From a virus (taxonomy: Duplodnaviria > Caudoviricetes): a stretch of 48,142 nucleotides of DNA. Each line of letters opens with the position of its first letter. Position 1 is the stretch's first letter. A program made the translations under genes and the position numbers. The notes beneath the pieces were generated by a model, which saw nothing but the letters and a program-made list of their open reading frames with translations, ran no database searches and had not been told where the DNA came from. The stretch lies in IMG/VR virus record IMGVR_UViG_3300031949_000061, positions 1 through 48,142 of that record; one strand, 5' to 3'. Shown here in pieces: positions 18,537 through 26,245 of this stretch.

Positions 18537-19346
18537 ATGAAGTTTACTGATTCACTAATAGGACGCCAAAGCACCGTGAGAACCTATAAGTCTTTGTTCA
18601 AAACTCACATCGAGCCTCTGAACATTACTGTGGCCTGGACAGAAGAGATGACCAAAGAGGCACTCGCAGTCTGGGGCGAAAAGAGGCTGGCAGTCCGAAC
18701 CCGCCAGATCCTCCTCCGACTGCTTAGAAACTACATCAAGCACCTCGGCGGCCCTACTATCGAGATCAAGCGCTTCCATTCCCTACTCTCTCGGGAGTCG
18801 CAGCAGGAGGAGCTTATCGTCCTGAATCCTGATCAGGCCAGAGAACTGGTTGAGACGTGTAAGCGCCTTGAGCCCAAATTCCTCCCTATCCTTCTTCTGG
18901 GGCTACACGGTGGCCTGCGCCGTGGTGAGGTCTTTGGCCTACGATGCGGTGATATCGATATGTTTAAAGGAAAAGTTCGCGTGGCTCGTAGCTATGATGG
19001 ACCTACCAAGAACGGACGCACCCGTTTTGTTCCCATGAGCAAGGATCTGCTGGATGCTATGACGGTGGCCCGGAATCTCCTGATGCGGCATCCCGAGGAG
19101 AGGGTGTTCGAGATTCTCGATCCTAACCCTGTACTGCGTCGTCTCTGTTACGCTATTGGAGTACCTTCCATGAGATTCCACGATATGCGGCACACCTTCG
19201 CTACTATGGCACTAGAAAAGGGCGTCTCAGCGCGACAAGTTCAAGCATGGCTAGGCCACAGCAGCGTGGTCACCACTCTAGGCATCTACTGGAATCTGAC
19301 CAAAGATGAGGCAGACCTATCGTTTCTGCCGGGAGGTAATCAATGA
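18537..19346 (+). CDS. Tyrosine recombinase (integrase/Xer family), short form without an obvious arm-binding domain
   Basis: GLRRGEVFGL (R), TKNG (K), FHDMRH (HxxR), LGHS (H), GIY (Y). Confidence 0.9.
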   Translation: MKFTDSLIGRQSTVRTYKSLFKTHIEPLNITVAWTEEMTKEALAVWGEKRLAVRTRQILLRLLRNYIKHLGGPTIEIKRFHSLLSRESQQEELIVLNPDQARELVETCKRLEPKFLPILLLGLHGGLRRGEVFGLRCGDIDMFKGKVRVARSYDGPTKNGRTRFVPMSKDLLDAMTVARNLLMRHPEERVFEILDPNPVLRRLCYAIGVPSMRFHDMRHTFATMALEKGVSARQVQAWLGHSSVVTTLGIYWNLTKDEADLSFLPGGNQ

Positions 19347-19690
19347 GCTACTTTACGCCTGTTGAGTTTAATGAATCAAATGACCCGGGAGCACCGGTTA
19401 AGCCTGTCACAACTACTAAGTTCAATGACGGTAAGATCAAGACTGCAATTGAGCAAATCGAAGCTGAGCTTGAGAAAGTCCGTACTGGCAAGAGCGAGCA
19501 CACGAGCTACGCCATCGAGCCGGGGCGCTTCGGATTCCCTCTCGTTATCACGTTGAGGATATTCCAGACTGATCCTACGGAGAAAACTTATCAGGGTGCC
19601 CTCCAGATTGCAGCACAGGACTTGGGCGCGAAGTTCGCAGAGTTCGTCAAGATTACCCTAGATGAGACTAAGGAGTTTACCAATGTCTGA
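19343..19690 (+). CDS. Hypothetical protein
   Basis: 115 aa, ATGA overlap with the recombinase gene, GGAGG RBS. Confidence 0.7.
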   Translation: MSYFTPVEFNESNDPGAPVKPVTTTKFNDGKIKTAIEQIEAELEKVRTGKSEHTSYAIEPGRFGFPLVITLRIFQTDPTEKTYQGALQIAAQDLGAKFAEFVKITLDETKEFTNV

Positions 19691-19979
19691 ACTCACGCCC
19701 CGCGACGCACAATTCATCGATATTTTCGCTGGCTTCTTCCACGATCTTCTCCGGGCTGCCGGTATCACCATGCTACCCACGAAGGCGCATGAGAAGATCC
19801 GCACAGTCGCCACGAGCCTTGCAGCCTCCATTGAGTGGAGGGCAGAGCACAAGGCGGTCGAAGTGATCCGGGTGCTTCAGAAGGCGCTGGTAGGCTCGTT
19901 CGAGAAGGTGCAAACTGACATGGGCGTATTGAAGGCACGGGTCGATGCGCTGGAGAAGAAGAATGAAGATCCTTCTTAG
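19683..19979 (+). CDS. Hypothetical helical protein
   Basis: Start re-called to MSELTPRD after AAGGAG. Confidence 0.65.
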   Translation: MSELTPRDAQFIDIFAGFFHDLLRAAGITMLPTKAHEKIRTVATSLAASIEWRAEHKAVEVIRVLQKALVGSFEKVQTDMGVLKARVDALEKKNEDPS

Positions 19980-20625
19980 TGGCCCCATCGAAGGCCACTT
20001 GGTAGACTTCTACAGTAAGATTGTTCCTCCGTATACCCCCCATTGGGTCGTATGCGCTGGGGACTATGGCGTCCATCCTGACCCCCACTTCATGGATCGG
20101 GCCGCCAAGAGGCACGCCGGTAGGGACTTCGCTCAGATGTATGTCGGAGCCGTAATCCCCCCGGTGGTGCCCACCCTTACCATTGCCGGTGTCCATGATG
20201 ACCAGCAATGGCTCAATAGGCGGGTGGCCGCCAACAACACCGAGATCCTGGCGAACGTCCACTATCTGCACCAGGGCTACCGGACAGTAATCGGATGGGA
20301 GTGCGCCATGCGGGTGACCGGGCTTGGTCGGGCGTACAGCGAGGCTACCTATAAGGAGGAGCCCACCAAGCGGTCCTATCGCCATTATACCCGTCGGGAG
20401 ATTGAACGAGCCTGCTCCTCGGGGCCTACTGATCTTTTCGTGTGTTATGAGCATCTTGACGCTCCGGGCATCAAGAACGCGATCTATGCCACCCGGCCCA
20501 AGTTGATTCTAACTGTAACCCACCCCAACAGCAAGATCTACACCGAGATCCAAGGAACACGGGTTGTGTCGCTTGGAAGGAAGGAAGTGCAGCTTGTAAC
20601 GTGGGAGAATGGTTCTTTTGTTTAG
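19963..20625 (+). CDS. Calcineurin-like metallophosphoesterase fold, Dbr1-like, with degenerate metal ligands
   Basis: VVCAGDYG, DFAQMYVGA...PTLTIAGVHD, NVHYL, RVTGLG follow the Dbr1-like motif order. Confidence 0.7.
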   Translation: MKILLSGPIEGHLVDFYSKIVPPYTPHWVVCAGDYGVHPDPHFMDRAAKRHAGRDFAQMYVGAVIPPVVPTLTIAGVHDDQQWLNRRVAANNTEILANVHYLHQGYRTVIGWECAMRVTGLGRAYSEATYKEEPTKRSYRHYTRREIERACSSGPTDLFVCYEHLDAPGIKNAIYATRPKLILTVTHPNSKIYTEIQGTRVVSLGRKEVQLVTWENGSFV

Positions 20626-20628
20626 ATC

Positions 20629-20665
20629 AAGACTAATCTTTTAGCTAAACGGTATTATCTAATAG
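20629..20665 (+). promoter_or_regulatory. Phage-specific promoter element, copy 5
   Basis: AAGACT-AATCTTTTAGCTAAACGG-TATTATCTAATAG. Confidence 0.8.
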
Positions 20666-20696
20666 AAGCATGTTGCTTCTGAGAAGGGAGTAGAGT

Positions 20697-20939
20697 ATGA
20701 GTTCGTTCAAGAGCAAGCTTGCTATCGCCAAGGAGCAGGTTCGGGATGCCTACCAGAACGGTGCGACCCTCCGCGAGATCGCTGAGGTTCACAACGTCTC
20801 TTCGGGTACGGTCAGGAACGTCCTGATCGAGATGGGCGAAAAGCTTCGCCGCCCCGGTCGCAAGGGCGGTAGCAAGGTCGAGAAGGCACTGCTTCCGGTG
20901 GGTCAGTTCGTTGATCCGACCCCGCCGGTCACGCAGTAG
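20697..20939 (+). CDS. Helix-turn-helix DNA-binding protein
   Basis: AYQNGATLREIAEVHNVSSGTVRNVLIEMGEKLRRPGR. Confidence 0.85.
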   Translation: MSSFKSKLAIAKEQVRDAYQNGATLREIAEVHNVSSGTVRNVLIEMGEKLRRPGRKGGSKVEKALLPVGQFVDPTPPVTQ

Positions 20940-20951
20940 AAGGAGATAGGT

Positions 20952-21566
20952 ATGGCTTACGTTTCCCGTCTGTACAATCCCACGCCGTGGGATGAGGCCA
21001 TCGATTGGGGTAACCGCGGACAGTCGATCCGCGTTCCCGCGTTCGGTCATGCGGACATCAACCACGAGCAGATGCACGACTTTCGGGACAACAATCCCGG
21101 GGCCGAGGGCGTACTGAACTACATTGAGTATTTCGGTATCTTCCTGTTCGATGCTGATCGTCCCTACGACAATCAGGCGCTCGACGCGCTGCGCAAGGCT
21201 CAGAAGGCCCGCAAGCAGCACTATGATCAGGCCGTCAAGAACCTTCTTGACCGGCGCTCGCAGCAGGGGATCGCTCCCAATCCCGAGGCGTTCGAGGAGC
21301 ATCTCCGGCTTCTCGGCCTCACGAATCTGCGCGAGAAGGTCGAAACTCTTCAGGCTCTCGTCAAGAAGCTTGAGGAGTCGGTTGGGCCGGATCGTTCGGC
21401 TCGTCCTAAGCTCGACCCCGCTCGCACCCTGTTCATCACGGACCCGCCGCGGGAGTTCCCCTCGGTTGCCGCGATGGAGTTCTTCCTTGAGCGGAACCCG
21501 GAAGTCGCTGCCAAGCACGCGGCTTTCCTAGCTCGGACCAAGGCAGAGGTGAGCACTAATGGCTGA
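20952..21566 (+). CDS. Hypothetical protein
   Basis: 204 aa, AAGGAG RBS, biased codon usage. Confidence 0.75.
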   Translation: MAYVSRLYNPTPWDEAIDWGNRGQSIRVPAFGHADINHEQMHDFRDNNPGAEGVLNYIEYFGIFLFDADRPYDNQALDALRKAQKARKQHYDQAVKNLLDRRSQQGIAPNPEAFEEHLRLLGLTNLREKVETLQALVKKLEESVGPDRSARPKLDPARTLFITDPPREFPSVAAMEFFLERNPEVAAKHAAFLARTKAEVSTNG

Positions 21567-21903
21567 GAGAGTCTTCCTGCCCAGCGGCAATGCTAACGTC
21601 TGTATCGTGAAGCGCGGCGAAGCCACGCTTAGCCTGTCACCCAGTGAGGTTGACAAGGCCACGAACATCGTAGGTATTGCACTGAGCATGGAAAATTTGG
21701 ATGCTGTGCCGTCGCACATCAACAATTCGCCCTTCGTCATCCGGTTCTTTGAGGGTGACATGCTGGCGCTTGAGCGGCTCGATGCCAAGGGCTCGATCCC
21801 GTTCACGTTCGCACAAGGAGATGAATTGATCACGACGCTTCAGCAGGCACGTTCGATTTCTGTGAATGACAGGACTCTAAGTAAGAGGCCCGGTCAGCGA
21901 TAG
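21559..21903 (+). CDS. Hypothetical protein
   Basis: 114 aa, GAGGTG RBS, overlaps the upstream stop. Confidence 0.7.
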   Translation: MAERVFLPSGNANVCIVKRGEATLSLSPSEVDKATNIVGIALSMENLDAVPSHINNSPFVIRFFEGDMLALERLDAKGSIPFTFAQGDELITTLQQARSISVNDRTLSKRPGQR

Positions 21904-21933
21904 CCCATAGTATGGGAGTTCTATGGGCAAAGC

Positions 21934-21961
21934 AAAAGGCCCGCCGAAAGGCGGGCCTTTT
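21934..21961. terminator. Bidirectional intrinsic terminator between convergent operons
   Basis: AAAAGGCCCGCC-GAAA-GGCGGGCCTTTT. Confidence 0.9.
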
Positions 21962-21990
21962 CATTTATAGATCATCCCATTCCATACTCA

Positions 21991-23034
21991 TCAAAACACC
22001 TCAAGGTTGTCGGCCACCCAATTACGAGAGAAACGAAGACCTTCACCAACTCCAATCTTCGGCTCCCAGCCAAGATCAGCCTTGATCTGACGAATGTCGC
22101 TGACATACGCCTTTTGATCAAGGGGGCGCCAATCGGCGTAGGTCACCGGACTACGCTTGCCCGTAAGTCTCTCAGTAATGTCCAGATGCTCGCGGAGGGT
22201 AAGGGTTTGACCCGGACCGCCTCCAAGATTCCACACACCATGAGAAAGATCGGAACGAAAGAAACTATCGTAAGCACGGACGGCATCCTCCACATATAGC
22301 ATGTCCCGGGTCTGGTCGCCATCTCCGTAAATCGTAAGAGGCCAGCCCTTCATCGTAGCAATCAGAAACCAAACAGCCCAGCCCTGCTCCTCGAACCCCA
22401 TCTGATTCGGACCGTAGATGCAAGACATTCGGAACACACCAGTGCGGACGCCGTAGGTGTGAACCCACTCCTGGCACATGAGATCGGCCATCATCTTGCT
22501 GTTCCCGTAGGGGGTTCTCGCGCCCACCAGATCGGGAACTACAGGGAACCCGTGCCTGGCCCAGTCCACATCCTCGAATCCCCAGCGATCACCAGTCTTC
22601 ACAAATCCCTCATGCAGTGGGTAAACCTTGTTGGTAGAGGCGAACACCACAGCCGAACCATTACGACGGGCGAACTCAAGCACGTTCAGAGTGCCTAGCG
22701 TGTTCACCTCAAAGTCCCTGCGGGGGCTCTCAATACTGGTAGGAACTCCGCATTGGCCTGCCATGTGGACGATCAAATCAGCATTGTTCATGCTTCCACG
22801 TCGCCCGTTCCAAGTGTGGTTATCAGTGATGTCCAGCGTGAACACCTTGATTCCCTCAGCCTCAAGCAGTCGCTTGTTGTGCGAGATTCTCTCAAGACTA
22901 ACTGTAGCCGCGTGACCTAGCAAACGCGAACGCTCAAGATTATCAATCACGATCACCTGAGCACCCTGGCGATGGTAATACATCGCTGCATGGTAGCCCA
23001 CGAGGCCGCAGCCTCCCGTAACAATCACCTTCAT
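21991..23034 (-). CDS. NAD-dependent nucleotide-sugar epimerase/dehydratase (CDP-paratose 2-epimerase-like extended SDR)
   Basis: TGGCGLVG, STNKVY, PYGNSK, FRMSCIYG, EQGW, GDGDQTRD. Confidence 0.9.
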   Translation of the reverse strand: MKVIVTGGCGLVGYHAAMYYHRQGAQVIVIDNLERSRLLGHAATVSLERISHNKRLLEAEGIKVFTLDITDNHTWNGRRGSMNNADLIVHMAGQCGVPTSIESPRRDFEVNTLGTLNVLEFARRNGSAVVFASTNKVYPLHEGFVKTGDRWGFEDVDWARHGFPVVPDLVGARTPYGNSKMMADLMCQEWVHTYGVRTGVFRMSCIYGPNQMGFEEQGWAVWFLIATMKGWPLTIYGDGDQTRDMLYVEDAVRAYDSFFRSDLSHGVWNLGGGPGQTLTLREHLDITERLTGKRSPVTYADWRPLDQKAYVSDIRQIKADLGWEPKIGVGEGLRFSRNWVADNLEVF

Positions 23035-23870
23035 CTTGATACTCCTTTACTAAATCTACGCACCCACTCGAAGTTCAGATGAGTAGTATTACGAGGCACA
23101 GCACCACCAATCTTATTGTACCACAGGCGCTTGTTAACGTCGATATGATCGTCCTTTCTGATATCGTCCCTGGTCTGAATATTCGGGCCTACCTTGTCTT
23201 CCATGTACTCTTGAATGACAATGCGAGGAAGTACAAGAGTATCCTCTATAACCCTGTACCTGCTGTTGTTACCAGCAGTCCCATCTAGGATTCTACAGTC
23301 AGCTTGCTCTGTAATTCTAGTGGTGAAATCATTATCGAACATAGCGTATCCGCCACTACGGGAACCAGTAAAGTCCTCATCAAATCCGCCGACAGCATAG
23401 AACAGATCCTTGCGAATTAGAACAGCACAAGGAAGATATCTGTCAGCCTTAGCAGTACGGACATGATCGCTATTGGATACACGATTACGAGGGAAGTAAT
23501 AGGCAATAGACGGATCGGGCTCAAAGTTGAGTAGCTTTTCCACGTCTTCAGGGTCCATCATACAATCAGAATCCATGAATAGAACCCAATCCGTGGGAGC
23601 CTGAATAATGCCAAGATTCAATGCGCCAGGAGTGTTCCACTTCAAATCTTCCATGATTCTATAGACTTCTAGATGAGGAACTTTGATTCTGTAGAAGTTA
23701 GCCCAAAGAAGAAGCTCAGGCGATGAACCGTCATCAACCAGCACAAAAGTCACAGCGTCCAGCATCTCTTGGGAATAGGTCTTCCATGTGTCAATATGAG
23801 TCTTCAGCCGAATAGGCTCATTGTAAAACGGGTGGATGATACTGAGCTTTAGATCTCTAAGCTTTGCCAC
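23031..23870 (-). CDS. Glycosyltransferase, GT-A fold (GT2 with GT7-like C-terminus)
   Basis: SIIHPFYN, LVDDGS, FMDSD, GGFDEDF...DNDF; start re-called to GTG 23870. Confidence 0.85.
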   Translation of the reverse strand: MAKLRDLKLSIIHPFYNEPIRLKTHIDTWKTYSQEMLDAVTFVLVDDGSSPELLLWANFYRIKVPHLEVYRIMEDLKWNTPGALNLGIIQAPTDWVLFMDSDCMMDPEDVEKLLNFEPDPSIAYYFPRNRVSNSDHVRTAKADRYLPCAVLIRKDLFYAVGGFDEDFTGSRSGGYAMFDNDFTTRITEQADCRILDGTAGNNSRYRVIEDTLVLPRIVIQEYMEDKVGPNIQTRDDIRKDDHIDVNKRLWYNKIGGAVPRNTTHLNFEWVRRFSKGVSR

Positions 23871-24225
23871 CGAAGAAGTCCTCCATCTCCTTAGCGATCT
23901 TGTCCGAAGTCTCCCGGCAAGCCTGCGCCAGCACATCAACGATCTTAGTAGCGGAAGGACGAAAGGTGCGAGGCTCCTTCATCACTGAGTAGGATTGGGT
24001 AGCGACCACCTCTCCAAATACTCGATTGATCTCGCTCTTGAGAGCAGATCGAAGTTCACAGCAGTCGCGGCTAAGATTATCCCAATAAGCAATACGGACG
24101 GGATCAGGAGTCTCTTTCGCATGTTCCTCTCTCTTCTTGTTCTCAAACCATGAAAGCTTATTCACTTCCACAATCAGGCGATCAATGAGATCAGCCAAGG
24201 TATTTACGTTAGGGATTCTATCCAT
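23857..24225 (-). CDS. Small helical protein, DUF4254/DUF6165-like
   Basis: TLADLIDRLIVEVNKLSWFE...ELRSALKSEIN; start re-called to MDRIP after AGGAGG. Confidence 0.6.
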   Translation of the reverse strand: MDRIPNVNTLADLIDRLIVEVNKLSWFENKKREEHAKETPDPVRIAYWDNLSRDCCELRSALKSEINRVFGEVVATQSYSVMKEPRTFRPSATKIVDVLAQACRETSDKIAKEMEDFFGGKA

Positions 24226-25063
24226 TTCCTTCCTCCTCCAAGTATTCAGTTCTGAAGTCCACCCAGTCGCACCAACCCTGCCGCGTGCCAGGAAAACTAT
24301 CAGGTGTTCCGTTCCACGCCCCATTGAAGAAGGGCACCGTGTCTCTCACTTCCTCCACCGAGCCAAAGCGCCAAGTAGGGTTCTTTGATCCACCAGTCAG
24401 CCTCCCAAGCGCCTCCATCTTCTTGAAATAGAAAGCAGGGTTGCGGAACCCGTAGTGCATGACCAGCGGGCTATCATGGTTCTTGGTCTTGCGGATCTTA
24501 CCGCTAGTCGTGTAATGGCTGAATCCCTGAGGCCAAGGAGTACGGCGCTCCGTGTAGTGCAGCTTGTCCAGCGCACGGAAGCTGTATGCCATTCGCTCCA
24601 TCCAGTGAAAGTAAGGTAGCTGCTCCCAAGGTGAGCGATCAGCCGTGAAGAACGGAAGTACCTTGTAATCCTCGTTCCACTCCTTCCGGCAAGCGTTCAG
24701 TAGGTGCCACTGGCAGCTAAGGTCATCCACCTTGTACTGCTCGATCTTGGCCTTGATGTCCGTCTCCATGACGATAGTATCAGATTCAATCACCTGAACC
24801 CAAGTATCTTTCTGACCGAATCGCCGGATCACCTCATCTAATAGGTGCTGTCTGGAGTCCTTCCCTGGCTTCTGCATCTGAAGGTCAGATCGGGTCGTGT
24901 AATATTCAAGATCCTTGGCGTGCGCCTTGATGATGTCATAGGAGTTGTCTGTGCTGTCGTCATCAATAATCAGCAGTTTGTCCACAGCCTTGATAGCCGC
25001 CGGTAGCGTAAAAGGCAGCAGATCCGCCTCATTACGACACCATGTGATCCCAATGAGATTCAC
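24218..25063 (-). CDS. Glycosyltransferase family 2-like protein
   Basis: GITWCRNEADLL, IIDDDSTDNS, WVQVIESD, VMHYG. Confidence 0.8.
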   Translation of the reverse strand: MNLIGITWCRNEADLLPFTLPAAIKAVDKLLIIDDDSTDNSYDIIKAHAKDLEYYTTRSDLQMQKPGKDSRQHLLDEVIRRFGQKDTWVQVIESDTIVMETDIKAKIEQYKVDDLSCQWHLLNACRKEWNEDYKVLPFFTADRSPWEQLPYFHWMERMAYSFRALDKLHYTERRTPWPQGFSHYTTSGKIRKTKNHDSPLVMHYGFRNPAFYFKKMEALGRLTGGSKNPTWRFGSVEEVRDTVPFFNGAWNGTPDSFPGTRQGWCDWVDFRTEYLEEEGNG

Positions 25064-25599
25064 GCGATGGCCTCAAGCACTTCTCTGAGTGGTTTCCTAG
25101 TCTTACTCTCCCAGTAGTGAATGAAAATCTCACCGTGCGCCCTGAATTCTTCGATATATGCCGAACGATGCTTACTATGCAGGGCTTCCAGCAACTTATT
25201 CGTCTGAAGGATATTCGAGCAGTCCACCAGAGTCAATCCAAACTCAGCCGCCACCTCATCCATCAGCGGCGTGTGGGCACCCCACGGAGTGTACCAGATC
25301 GTGGGCTTAGCCCAGAGATGGTCGTGTAGCCAGTCAAAGCTCATCTTCATATGCTCCCGCATCTCATCCGGGCTACGTTTGGCATAGTCAATGTGGCTCC
25401 ATCCGTGAAGCTGAATCTCGATCTTGCCACGGATTTTCTCATGCCGAATGTACTCCAGTACTCCAGGCTCCCACTGACTATCGCACACAATGGCACATAC
25501 ATGCAGCGCATTCGGGAAATCTAGGATAGTCTCATGCGTATCCTTGAACTTACCAAAGCTGGGACGGATGAACACATCATCGTCTCTTACCCTAATCAC
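25060..25599 (-). CDS. Polysaccharide deacetylase-like (CE4/NodB-fold) protein
   Basis: RVRDDD, IQLHGWSH, YTPWG, IHYW; start re-called to GTG 25599. Confidence 0.8.
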   Translation of the reverse strand: MIRVRDDDVFIRPSFGKFKDTHETILDFPNALHVCAIVCDSQWEPGVLEYIRHEKIRGKIEIQLHGWSHIDYAKRSPDEMREHMKMSFDWLHDHLWAKPTIWYTPWGAHTPLMDEVAAEFGLTLVDCSNILQTNKLLEALHSKHRSAYIEEFRAHGEIFIHYWESKTRKPLREVLEAIA

Positions 25600-26245
25600 G
25601 GACGAACACTCGAATCGTCTCAACATGCAAATCGAGTCGTTCAATAAAGCTAGGATCAGCAGCCACCGTCTCCTCCACGGCCCTGTGAGAGAAGTCCTGA
25701 TGCGTGTCGTGGAAGCAAATGAACCCACCGCTACCAACCAGTTTCGACCAGTTCTGAGCGTCCGTCTTCACTGCCTCATAGCTATGGTCAGCGTCCACAA
25801 ACACACCACGAAAAGGAATAGGAGCTAAGAATTTAGCTGCGTCATCTGTGGAACATACCTGAAGGTGAATGCGCTCAGCGGCCTGCGGGAACAACTCCAA
25901 GCGGCGCAGCGCTCGGCGCAGAATGCGATGAGGCTTGAATAGATCCACGCTGAAGACCTGAGCCTCAATACTCTTATCAATGAATGAAGTAGCGAAAAGA
26001 ACAGCGCTGGCGCCCTGCGAATGGCCTAGATTGGCGTAGTTGCCAGGACCTCCCACCGTAGGCAGATGGTAAATAAGCTCGCGCTCCAATTCCCCAAGCA
26101 ACGCCATACTTCTGGTAGCATCAACAATACACTGCATCGCCGGGCCACGATCAGCAGCCGGAACGCGGTTCGTTCCATGCGGCCACTTACGCGGATTAGC
26201 AATCTGATCACGATGAATACGATTCTCTTTGACTTCAGGACTCAT
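25592..26245 (-). CDS. Class I SAM-dependent methyltransferase (Methyltransf_24-like)
   Basis: NLGHSQGAS, SVDLF, FVDADHSYEAVKTD, GGFICFHD; start re-called to MSPEVK overlapping the terminase stop. Confidence 0.85.
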   Translation of the reverse strand: MSPEVKENRIHRDQIANPRKWPHGTNRVPAADRGPAMQCIVDATRSMALLGELERELIYHLPTVGGPGNYANLGHSQGASAVLFATSFIDKSIEAQVFSVDLFKPHRILRRALRRLELFPQAAERIHLQVCSTDDAAKFLAPIPFRGVFVDADHSYEAVKTDAQNWSKLVGSGGFICFHDTHQDFSHRAVEETVAADPSFIERLDLHVETIRVFVRD

